Shown here: in pieces, positions 1 through 8,995 of the stretch
Layout of the letters: every line of letters begins with the position of its first letter
Position numbering within the stretch: the stretch's first letter is position 1
Assembly: GCA_049969675.1 (NCBI GenBank)
Contig: JBMFOP010000017.1
Coordinates: 1 to 40,509 of the forward strand
Direction of reading: 5' to 3'
Length of the DNA: 40,509 nt
Source: Myxococcota bacterium
GTDB lineage: Bacteria > Myxococcota > SpSt-1050
Notes under the pieces: model-generated
Seen by the model: only the letters and a program-made list of their open reading frames with translations
What the model was told of the DNA's origin: nothing
The model's database searches: none
Translations under genes and position numbers: made by a program

Positions 1-444
1 GCATTGACAGATGAGAATGGGAATATCAGTTGGTATGCAGAGTATGAGCCATTTGGGAAGGTGAATATAATGATAGAAAAGACAACGAACAACTTCCGTT
101 TCCCTGGGCAATACTATATCCAAGAGACTGGATTATATTACAACTGGAACAGATGGTATAACCCAGATACAGGGAGGCATATGCAGATAGATCCGTATTT
201 AGATAAAACATTCTATATTTATGTTTCTAATAATCCAATGAGGTTGGCATGGATTTATTGTAAATGTTACTGGTATTGTAAGGATTGCAAACTTCCAATA
301 ATATGGAGTGGTGATAAATCGTCTTGTGAAATAACTTATGGGATATTGGTGAATACAGGTGCTGGTATTAAAAGAGGAGATAATTGCGCTTGTAAAAAGC
401 CTGGCAAAGAGAGAGATTGTAGTAAAGATTGTGAGAAGGAATAA
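1..444 (+). CDS. RHS repeat-associated core protein, C-terminal part (5'-truncated by window edge) with short Cys-rich tip
   Basis: Frame is open from base 1. Contains LTDENGNISW-YEPFG, NFRFPGQYY-ETGLYYNWNRWYNPDTGR-DP and YVSNNP, all typical RHS core motifs. The terminal DPxGL is absent. Confidence 0.85.
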   Translation, partial: ALTDENGNISWYAEYEPFGKVNIMIEKTTNNFRFPGQYYIQETGLYYNWNRWYNPDTGRHMQIDPYLDKTFYIYVSNNPMRLAWIYCKCYWYCKDCKLPIIWSGDKSSCEITYGILVNTGAGIKRGDNCACKKPGKERDCSKDCEKE

Positions 445-447
445 AAT

Positions 448-1218
448 ATGAAAAAGTTTGTATATGAGTTAGTTGTAATAATTTTACTATCACTGTTATT
501 TGTATTAAAATGTTATGGCACTAATAATAATATATTTGGTTTTGATTTATCCAAACTTAGATATTCAGGGGCAGAAGTAATTGAAGAAAATTTATATGAA
601 AAATTAAAATTATACAGACTAAATTATAAATTGGATATTGGATATCCAGCTAATGAAGTAGTCAATTATTATATAAATATATTTAAGAGTAATGGATTTA
701 GTGAAGTAAAGGAAGTAAATTCTTTTGATTGGCAGATATTTCATTCAGAAGAAATTGGTGGCGAAATAGTCAAAAGCTGCCAATATCATGGGAAATGGCA
801 TAAGTGGATAAATGGTAATAGAATAGTTGCACGAATGTTTTTAATTTACTACGGAATAAATATATCAAATAAACTAAATATAAATCTGTCAAGAAGCATA
901 GATAGTTGTAAGGTCGGCAGTAGACTCATAGTATTATTTATTATAGAGGATAATACATTAAATTACGATGATAATGTTTTTATGAAATGTGAAAGTAACT
1001 ATAATTTTATCAATATTGATTATGAGAAATTTAAAAAGTATTTATTAAAAAAAAGGTATAATGAGTCGCTTTTAATCTTAATAAAAGGTATGAGTTGTGA
1101 CCCTGAAAAGGAATTTGTTAAAAATTTATATTGTAATTTTTTAATTGATTTAGGATTGGAGAAAGAGAGATATTATTATGAGGATTGTATTAACTCACAC
1201 TGGACTAAAAAAAGATAA
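448..1218 (+). CDS. Hypothetical exported protein, possible RHS immunity/partner protein
   Basis: 256-aa ORF starting 3 nt after the RHS stop. N-terminal signal-like segment MKKFVYELVVIILLSLLFVLKC. Visibly more AT-rich than the core genes. Confidence 0.6.
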   Translation: MKKFVYELVVIILLSLLFVLKCYGTNNNIFGFDLSKLRYSGAEVIEENLYEKLKLYRLNYKLDIGYPANEVVNYYINIFKSNGFSEVKEVNSFDWQIFHSEEIGGEIVKSCQYHGKWHKWINGNRIVARMFLIYYGINISNKLNINLSRSIDSCKVGSRLIVLFIIEDNTLNYDDNVFMKCESNYNFINIDYEKFKKYLLKKRYNESLLILIKGMSCDPEKEFVKNLYCNFLIDLGLEKERYYYEDCINSHWTKKR

Positions 1219-1538
1219 AGATATTAAAATGACTCCAGATTACCAAAAGTCTTTTACAAAAATGTGCTCTATCAGATGTAGTGCACCAAATTCGGCATAG
1301 CAGAAACCAAATTCTTGAAAAATCTTCTGTGCACTTTGCGTAGATTTTGTCCGAAAAAGCCCAGATTCTTATATACATTATATTATCTGGTATTTATAAC
1401 CCCCAAATCTACGAATCTCTAAACAATTGAAGTTTAGAATTTAGATAGATAGGAAGATCTCCTGAATTTCCGATACTTTATAAAGAAAAAAAATACTATT
1501 ATGAAGAGTTCATTATTTAAGAACAATCAATACAGATA

Positions 1539-2252
1539 TCAATTAATAAATCTATCTTTTATTACTCTTAGTCTCTTTTTTCTAAATCTGTTTAGTAAGC
1601 CTTTTAAATTGAGCAACAGAATTGATGGTATGTAAAGCCTTTTCATTATAATAATCCCACAAAGGAGTCCTCCTATATGGGCGGGGAAAGAATATGGAGA
1701 ACCAGCGAGTGCGTATAGAATAGAAATAAAAATTATAATCCATAACATATGTTTTGCTTTTATAGGAATGATAAAATAAAATAATATCTGGCTCTCTGAA
1801 TATATAATACAAAATGCACCTATTAATCCAAAGATTGCGCCAGACTGCCCGATTGTAGGGACATTATATGCAGAATCAAATATCAACCCGCTGATTAAAA
1901 TAAATATCCCTCCAACTATTCCACAGAGAAAATAGAATTTGAGAAATATCTTTGTCCCCCACTTCTCTTCAAGTGGTGAACCGAACATCCAGAGCCCAAG
2001 CATATTGAATAACAGATGAGTAGGGTCCACAGGTGAATGAAGAAATAGATAGGTAACAATTTGATGAATATATAGATTTTGAAATACGAGAGATGGTGTA
2101 AGCCCGAATAGGAGTATTATAAGACTTGAGAGGTCAAAATATTTTGATATTAAAAGTATTAAATAAATTGATGTAGTGATGATTATCAGATATTTTACAC
2201 CCCTTGTAAGCCTTCCACCTATTATTTGGTAAGTCGGATTATAATTGTACAT
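1539..2252 (-). CDS. Rhomboid family intramembrane serine protease
   Basis: Multiple TM segments; TYLFLH, HLLFNMLGLWMFG-LE, GQSGAIFG (catalytic Ser) and AHIGG (catalytic His). Confidence 0.92.
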   Translation of the reverse strand: MYNYNPTYQIIGGRLTRGVKYLIIITTSIYLILLISKYFDLSSLIILLFGLTPSLVFQNLYIHQIVTYLFLHSPVDPTHLLFNMLGLWMFGSPLEEKWGTKIFLKFYFLCGIVGGIFILISGLIFDSAYNVPTIGQSGAIFGLIGAFCIIYSESQILFYFIIPIKAKHMLWIIIFISILYALAGSPYSFPAHIGGLLCGIIIMKRLYIPSILLLNLKGLLNRFRKKRLRVIKDRFIN

Positions 2253-2255
2253 CTA

Positions 2256-2651
2256 TCAGGGGGTCTCTGGGATTATATTCCCTTTTTTGAGATTATTATT
2301 AACTATCTCCTCAATCAGTTGCATAGATTCCTCATCCATATTAATAAATTCTATTCCCATCCCGGGGACTTTATCTGGATTATTTAAATCAACCTGATTT
2401 ACCCATACTACTCTTCCGAGTCCTTCAATTAATTTACTGCCATCTGCCAGCGTAAATTGAAAGTATACAAGTATTCCTTTCTCCCTTGGCTCGGTCGTCT
2501 TGATAAACATACCTCCCAGTGATATATTCAGAGCATATTCTGAGATAAATTCCTCAAGGGAGTTGAATTTGTATTGTACAAGCAATGATAAAGGTACTCT
2601 CGGGTACCTTCTTCTGTTTGTTGTGGTGGATGGTGTCTTCGTATCACTCAT
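2256..2651 (-). CDS. Stand-alone PilZ-domain protein (myxobacterial TIGR02266-like), predicted c-di-GMP receptor
   Basis: RxxxR (RRYPR) and N/DxSxxG (NISLGG) motifs, plus GRVVW and PGMGIEF. Confidence 0.9.
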   Translation of the reverse strand: MSDTKTPSTTTNRRRYPRVPLSLLVQYKFNSLEEFISEYALNISLGGMFIKTTEPREKGILVYFQFTLADGSKLIEGLGRVVWVNQVDLNNPDKVPGMGIEFINMDEESMQLIEEIVNNNLKKGNIIPETP

Positions 2652-2742
2652 AAGTACAATACTTAACAGAATTTGATGGCAAAATCAAGTTATTTAAAAA
2701 ATTGTTGTAAACCTCTCAAAATATTATATTAACGATTGAACT

Positions 2743-5700
2743 ATGTCTCTTGATTCGTTGAAATTAATAAAGCCAGTCTTTGAGATTATAAATAGGGAGC
2801 AAAAGGTTGTAGTAATTTTGGGTGCCCAGCAAGAAGCAGATGAATTTTATAATTTGTTGACAGCCCTCTCTCCTCTTTTGAGTAATGCAAATATAAAACC
2901 TATCTTATTTGTGTATGATGAATATGAACCATTTATGAAGATTCCACCTGTCCCTGAATTATGTGCAAAAAAGATTGAATCTCTAAGTAAGATTATTATT
3001 AGCAAAGATTTTAATGTATTGATTATTCCATATAAGGCACTATTCCCTAAGACTATTCCATATGAGGTTCTTAAAGCAAATCTCCTGATTCTTAAAAAAG
3101 GTGATAATATCAGTCAGAAGGAATTGATAGAGAGATTGGTAAGGAATGGATATAAGAGAGATAATATTGTGGATATGTCGGGTAAATTTTCAGTAAGGGG
3201 TGAGATAGTTGATGTATTTGCCGTCAATCAAAAATTCCCTGCGAGAATTGTAATGCTCGGCTCAATTATTGAGAAGATAAGATTATTTGATATTGAGACT
3301 CAGAGGGGGTTTAAGGAGATTGACTCATATTTTGTAGTTCCATCAAATGAGTTTATTATTGATGATAATTTTAAGAATAATACCATTGAAAATATCAAGC
3401 ATATCGCCGCAGAGAATGGCCTCCCAGCCAGGAAGATTAAAGAATATATTGATGAGTTAGATGCATCCTTTGAGTATAATCTTAAAAATCATTATCTGCC
3501 ATTTATGTACAATTATGGATGCTCCACATTTATAGATTATATTAAAGCCTCTCATGGTAGTTTTGAAAATATTGAGTTTCTCTGTGGTGATAAGGACATT
3601 CTTAAATCATCCTTTGAAGAATATTATCAGCTTCTAAGAAATAACTATGTTGAACTTTTTCAGACCGACAGGATTCTACCGCCATTTGAGACACTTGTTG
3701 CCGATAGAGATGAGATTGATTTAGTGCTCCACCGTACTATTTCTGTTGAGAGTGAAGTTGAGGCGGTAGATGTAGAGACCCTTATTACAAAATTTAAATT
3801 ATTTTTAAAAAAGGATAGCAAAGTATCTCTTGAAGAGATAAGGGCTGAGTTGCTCAGAATAGTTGAGAAATATAGTAAGGTAGTATTTTTCTATGTAAAT
3901 GATGAGCAGAAGAGGGGATTTGTTGAAATTCTGAATTTGGTGAATATATGTTATTCGGAGGATTTTAATGAGAGTTGTAAAATTATTTTAAAAAGAGGAA
4001 ATGTCTCAGGGGCCTTCCTTGTTTATAAAATATTATTTTTCTCCCTCAAAGGGATATTTAAAGAGAAGAAGACTTATGAATATGAGGAGTCAATATATGA
4101 TAAGATAAAGATGTTGAGACTCAGATTCTCTGAGATTAGGGTGGGGGACTATGTTGTACATAGGGATTTTGGAATTGGAATCTATAGAGGACTCAAGAAA
4201 ATGAGCGGGGAAGGCGGAGTTCAGGACTATATTGTTATTGAATACAGGGATAATAGAATGCTTTATCTGCCAGCATTGAATATTGATATGATAAATAAAT
4301 ATGAGAGCGCCATCGGGAAGAGCCCGTCTATTTCACCCCTTGGTAAAGAGCAATGGCAGAGAAAGAAGATAAAGATTAAAGAAGAGCTTTTAAGATTTGC
4401 TTCCGAGATACTCAGGATAAAGGCGCAGAGGAGATTGATAGAGAAGGAGCCGATTAAAGAGATAGATGATTTAAATGATAGATTTGCAGCGGGATTTGAG
4501 TTTGAGGAGACACCCGACCAGTTGAGATGTATTGAAGAGGTAAAGAGGGATTTGATGAGCAACTACCCAATGGAGAGAATAGTATGCGGAGATGTGGGGT
4601 TCGGAAAGACTGAGATCATAATGAGGGCTGCCTTTATGGTGGCATCTAATGGTTATCAGGTGGCAATTCTTGTGCCTACAACAATACTTGCAGAGCAGCA
4701 CTACTTCAATTTCAAGAAAAGACTCTCTGAATTCCCTATAAAAGTGGAGATGCTCTCACGGTTTGTATCTGATAAGGATGCAAAGAGGATTGTCAGAGAG
4801 ATAAGAGAGGGTAAAGTTGATATTATAATAGGGACACATAAGATGTTGACAGGTGAAGTTCAATTTAAGAATATCAGACTACTTGTAATAGATGAAGAGC
4901 ATAAATTCGGTGTGGAGCAGAAAGAGAGACTTAAGAGACAGAATCCAGCACTGGATATCCTGATTACTACGGCAACCCCAATCCCAAGGACTCTCCATAT
5001 GGGCTTTTCAAATCTGATTGATCTTTCAGTTCTTACAACTCCACCACAAGGGAGAATCCCTGTAAGAACTATCATCTCCCGATTTGATGAGGATGTTATA
5101 AGGAATGCTATCTTTAAGGAGGTAAATAGAGGTGGGCAGGTCTTCTTTGTAAATCCAAGAATAAAGACCATTGATTCAATGGCAAAGAAGATTAAGTCAT
5201 TGTTACCAGATTTGAGAGTGGCTATAGCCCATGGAAGGATGCCGTCTGAGACTATTGAAGATGTAATGCACAACTTCTTTGAGAGAAGATATGACCTGCT
5301 TGTCTCTACTAACATTATAGGTTCCGGACTTGATTTTCCGAATGTAAATACCATTATAGTAGATTCGGCTGACCTTTTTGGACTTGCAGAGTTATATCAA
5401 TTGAGAGGCAGGGTAGGGAGGGGGAAGATAAATGCCTATGCATATTTTCTGTTTCCAACCCTCTCAGGCCTTACAAAGGAACAACGTAAGAAGATTGATA
5501 TTCTGTATAGACATCAGGGATTGGGAGCGGGATTTAATATTGCAAGTGAAGACCTTGAATTGAGAGGGGCTGGAGAACTACTCGGGAAGAGACAGGCTGG
5601 CTTTATTGAGGGTATTGGTTATGACTTATATCATGAGTTATTACAGGATGCCATCTCAGAGATTCAGGGTGTGCCAATCACAAAGAGTATAGAGACAGAA

Positions 5701-6126
5701 ATCAGACTTGATATACCTGTAAGCATTCCAGATGAATATATTGATGATGTAGCATTGAGACTGAACTTTTATCATAGATTTTCTATGGCAACCACAGATG
5801 AGGTAATTGATAATCTCTTATATGAGATGGAGGATAGGTTTGGTAAATATCCTGATGAGGTAAAAAATCTTGCAGAGTTGTCGAGAATAAAGATTCTGGC
5901 AAAAAATATAGGAATCAGGGAGATAGAAAAGTTCAAAAGTTCAGTATCTATGACCTTTGATATCTCTGCAAGAATAAGGACTGAAAGGATAGTCCCTTTT
6001 ATGGAAAAATATCATAAACATATTAGAATAAGTCCCAATTCAAAAGTTATTATTAACTATAATGATGATGAGATCTTCTCTTTCTTACGCCAGTGGTTGT
6101 TGAGATTGGGAGAGTTGATACAGTAA
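2743..6126 (+). CDS. mfd: Transcription-repair coupling factor Mfd
   Basis: UvrB-like N-terminus (GKFSVRGEIVDVF), CarD/RID domain (GDYVVHRDFGIG), ETPDQ, CGDVGFGKTE, DEEH, TATPIPRT, QLRGRVGR, DLELRGAG, C-terminal TRCF domain (DRFG). Confidence 0.97.
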   Translation: MSLDSLKLIKPVFEIINREQKVVVILGAQQEADEFYNLLTALSPLLSNANIKPILFVYDEYEPFMKIPPVPELCAKKIESLSKIIISKDFNVLIIPYKALFPKTIPYEVLKANLLILKKGDNISQKELIERLVRNGYKRDNIVDMSGKFSVRGEIVDVFAVNQKFPARIVMLGSIIEKIRLFDIETQRGFKEIDSYFVVPSNEFIIDDNFKNNTIENIKHIAAENGLPARKIKEYIDELDASFEYNLKNHYLPFMYNYGCSTFIDYIKASHGSFENIEFLCGDKDILKSSFEEYYQLLRNNYVELFQTDRILPPFETLVADRDEIDLVLHRTISVESEVEAVDVETLITKFKLFLKKDSKVSLEEIRAELLRIVEKYSKVVFFYVNDEQKRGFVEILNLVNICYSEDFNESCKIILKRGNVSGAFLVYKILFFSLKGIFKEKKTYEYEESIYDKIKMLRLRFSEIRVGDYVVHRDFGIGIYRGLKKMSGEGGVQDYIVIEYRDNRMLYLPALNIDMINKYESAIGKSPSISPLGKEQWQRKKIKIKEELLRFASEILRIKAQRRLIEKEPIKEIDDLNDRFAAGFEFEETPDQLRCIEEVKRDLMSNYPMERIVCGDVGFGKTEIIMRAAFMVASNGYQVAILVPTTILAEQHYFNFKKRLSEFPIKVEMLSRFVSDKDAKRIVREIREGKVDIIIGTHKMLTGEVQFKNIRLLVIDEEHKFGVEQKERLKRQNPALDILITTATPIPRTLHMGFSNLIDLSVLTTPPQGRIPVRTIISRFDEDVIRNAIFKEVNRGGQVFFVNPRIKTIDSMAKKIKSLLPDLRVAIAHGRMPSETIEDVMHNFFERRYDLLVSTNIIGSGLDFPNVNTIIVDSADLFGLAELYQLRGRVGRGKINAYAYFLFPTLSGLTKEQRKKIDILYRHQGLGAGFNIASEDLELRGAGELLGKRQAGFIEGIGYDLYHELLQDAISEIQGVPITKSIETEIRLDIPVSIPDEYIDDVALRLNFYHRFSMATTDEVIDNLLYEMEDRFGKYPDEVKNLAELSRIKILAKNIGIREIEKFKSSVSMTFDISARIRTERIVPFMEKYHKHIRISPNSKVIINYNDDEIFSFLRQWLLRLGELIQ

Positions 6127-6231
6127 TAATTGAAAGTTTATATTAGCAATAGGTCAAAATTTTTTTCATTTACAACTCTATAAAATCATTATATTTTGAC
6201 AATTTGTGAATTGAATTCAGGAGGTATGAAG

Positions 6232-8982
6232 ATGAAGCATATTATTTGTCTATCTCTTATTCTACTCTTTGTCTTTTTATGTGGGTGCTCTGACAGTTCT
6301 TCCACAGATGATGCTGGGCAGACAGATATAATCAATCAGACTGATTGCAATGATGAGAGAGTTGGGAAGCCCTGTGAGGCTGGTGTAGGTGAATGTAAGG
6401 TTGTGGGTAAATATATCTGTGTGAAAGAGACCCTTGAAGTGAAGTGCGATGCTATACCAAAAAAACCCACACAGGAGATATGCGATGGGAAGGATAACGA
6501 TTGCAACGGAGAGACCGATGAGGTATTTGCAGACCTCGGTCATGTGTGCACAGTCGGGAAAGGACAGTGTGCAAGTACAGGGGTATATACCTGTAATAAA
6601 TCTGGAGATGGGGTATATTGTGATGCGCCCGAACTTTTTCCGAGTGAGGAGATTTGTGATGGGCTGGATAATGACTGCAATGGTGAGACAGATGAGATAT
6701 TCCCTGAGCTTGGTAAGGAGTGTGAGGTTGGCAAAGGGGAGTGTAAGGTGAGTGGTACTTATATCTGTGCCCCGGATGGAAAGGGTGTTGTATGTAATGC
6801 AATTGAAAAGGAGCCACAAAAAGAGATATGTGATGGAAAAGATAATAATTGCGACGGACAGACTGATGAAGATTTTGAGAATCTCGGTAAGAGTTGTCAA
6901 ATAGGTATTGGGGAGTGCAAATCAGATGGGAAGTATATATGTAATAAGGAAGGGAGTGATGTTATCTGCGATGCGGAGGTAAAGCAGCCACAGGTAGAAA
7001 TATGCGATAAAAAAGATAATAATTGCGATGGGTTTACTGATGAGGATGCACCTGATTGCTCTGTAATTCTAACCGGGAATATGAAGGCCCCTTATAGTAC
7101 TGGTAAAGGGCTTACAGAGACATTCTTTGTAATGCCTTTTGGGATAGCTTTTGATAATGAGAGTAACGGACTGTATGTCAGTGACTATATTGCAAATGTA
7201 ATCTTTGGATTAAAGTATGATGATGCCACCCGTCAATATAATTCGGAGATATTCTCTGGGGATGGCTATAGAGGTGATAAAACCGACAATAGAGATACCT
7301 CAAGGTTCTCTTCTCCTTCAATGATGGTGATAGATAGGGCAAATAAAAGATTGGTCCTGTGTGATACATTGAATAATAAGATAAAGGCAATTGACCTTGA
7401 GACCTTTAGTGCAACAGTGCTTGCAGGGAGTGGAGAGATTGGTTTTAGTGATGGAGAGGGAGAGAATGCCAGCTTCTACTATCCTATGGGTATTGTAATC
7501 GGGTATGATGGGACAATATATGTCGCGGATACATACAATCATTGTATCAGGCGGTTGAAATATGATACATCCAAATTAAAATATATTGTGGATACATTTG
7601 CAGGTATATGTGGGACATCAGGGAATGCAAATTCTACAGACCCACTACTTGCAAAATTTAATATGCCAACCGGTCTTGCGATAAATGATAGCGGTGAACT
7701 CTTTGTCGCTGACAGGGGGAATAATAGAATAAGAAGGGTTTCAACAACAGATGGAGTCTCAAACTATATAACCATAAGTGGTGCAGATATAATCTCACTT
7801 GTGGTAGATGAGTATGGATATCTCTTTGTTGTTGATTATAATGGGAGTATAAGGCAGGTCACGCCCACTCTTAATATCCAGACATTGATATCGGGTCTGA
7901 AGGGCCCTGTGGGTATTGCACTCGGGAAGAATTCCTCTGCTTATATTACAGAGGCAAAAAGTGGTATGATAAGAAAGGTAAATCTATCAAATGGCTCTTT
8001 TTCATTTGTTGCGGGGAAGGGGAAATCAATGGAGATAGGTTCTGACTATTCTACGCCCCTTGCCTACCCAACAGGATTCTTATACGATGAGAGTTCAAAA
8101 GGGCTTATAATATCGAGCACATACGCAAACAGGGTAATCAAGGTTGAAAATTATAAGGCATATAATATCGCCGGAGATGGGGTCGCTGGCTCGCTTGAAT
8201 CAAATCTCTATCTCCCATCAAAAATGGCTAAGATGGGTAATGATATTTACTTTTCTGATAAATACAATCATTGTATAAAGAAAATTACCTTTGATTCAAA
8301 TCTAAATCAGTATCTTCTCTCTACTTTTGCCGGGAAGTGTGGGACATCAGGTAATACAAATGGGGCAGTAGATGCTGCCCGTTTCAATAGGCCTGATGGT
8401 ATAGGTGTACTTGAAGATGGGAGACTGCTTATTGTGGATAGTGGAAATCATTGTATAAGGCTGATTGAGAACAGTCTGGTCTCAACTTATGCCGGGAGAT
8501 GTGGGACATCTGGTAAACTTGATGGGTCATCTGGTGTTGCAACATTCAACCTTCCAGAAGGGATTGTGTGTAATCAGGCAAAGAAAGAGTGTTATATAGC
8601 AGATACAGGGAATCACCTAATTAGAAAGATCAATTCAGATGGCTCTGTCATAAGATTTTCAGGAGATTTCAATAATACTACCGGAGGTTTTAAGGATGGA
8701 GGTAAAGATGAGGCTCAATTTAACCAACCCTCCGGGATCTCTATGCTTATAAACTTTGATGATACTGTAACTCTCTATGTGACTGATAGAAATAATCATT
8801 TAATCAGAGAAGTGGATAGTGTAGGAAATGTATCAACTGTCATAGGAAAGAATATATGCTCTGATGATTATGGCGAGAGACAGAATACGGGGCTTTGTTT
8901 CCCATCAGATATCTATGTGACTGAATTCGGGGGTCTGATTGTTGTGGATTCGGGAAATAATAGAGTTCTTGGTATATATTAG
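6232..8982 (+). CDS. Lipoprotein with four Cys-rich 58-aa repeats (MopE-related putative metal-binding motif) and NHL-repeat beta-propeller region
   Basis: ATG 6232 chosen because AGGAGG lies at 6219-6224. Lipobox LCGC; four EICDxxDNxCxGxTDE units; many NHL repeats (FxxPxG...YVADxxNHxIR). Confidence 0.85.
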   Translation: MKHIICLSLILLFVFLCGCSDSSSTDDAGQTDIINQTDCNDERVGKPCEAGVGECKVVGKYICVKETLEVKCDAIPKKPTQEICDGKDNDCNGETDEVFADLGHVCTVGKGQCASTGVYTCNKSGDGVYCDAPELFPSEEICDGLDNDCNGETDEIFPELGKECEVGKGECKVSGTYICAPDGKGVVCNAIEKEPQKEICDGKDNNCDGQTDEDFENLGKSCQIGIGECKSDGKYICNKEGSDVICDAEVKQPQVEICDKKDNNCDGFTDEDAPDCSVILTGNMKAPYSTGKGLTETFFVMPFGIAFDNESNGLYVSDYIANVIFGLKYDDATRQYNSEIFSGDGYRGDKTDNRDTSRFSSPSMMVIDRANKRLVLCDTLNNKIKAIDLETFSATVLAGSGEIGFSDGEGENASFYYPMGIVIGYDGTIYVADTYNHCIRRLKYDTSKLKYIVDTFAGICGTSGNANSTDPLLAKFNMPTGLAINDSGELFVADRGNNRIRRVSTTDGVSNYITISGADIISLVVDEYGYLFVVDYNGSIRQVTPTLNIQTLISGLKGPVGIALGKNSSAYITEAKSGMIRKVNLSNGSFSFVAGKGKSMEIGSDYSTPLAYPTGFLYDESSKGLIISSTYANRVIKVENYKAYNIAGDGVAGSLESNLYLPSKMAKMGNDIYFSDKYNHCIKKITFDSNLNQYLLSTFAGKCGTSGNTNGAVDAARFNRPDGIGVLEDGRLLIVDSGNHCIRLIENSLVSTYAGRCGTSGKLDGSSGVATFNLPEGIVCNQAKKECYIADTGNHLIRKINSDGSVIRFSGDFNNTTGGFKDGGKDEAQFNQPSGISMLINFDDTVTLYVTDRNNHLIREVDSVGNVSTVIGKNICSDDYGERQNTGLCFPSDIYVTEFGGLIVVDSGNNRVLGIY
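6355..7050 (+). repeat. Four tandem intragenic 174-nt (58-aa, 6-Cys) repeats
   Basis: Units start at 6355, 6529, 6703 and 6877. Consensus LGxxCxVGxGECxxxGxYICxxxGxxVxCDAxxxxPxxEICDGxDNxCxGxTDExF. Confidence 0.9.
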
Positions 8983-8995
8983 AAAGGGGTTTGAT

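Noticed and set aside
1219..1538. 320-nt gap after the RHS partner as a gene remnant or IS end (ACCAAATTC and GTGCAC each occur twice)
   Set aside because: Short open stretches give no recognisable protein, and the repeats are too short to support a mobile-element call.
6277..6900. 207-aa antisense ORF and other overlapping ORFs across the Cys-rich repeats
   Set aside because: Shadow ORFs of the repetitive sense gene; no independent motifs.
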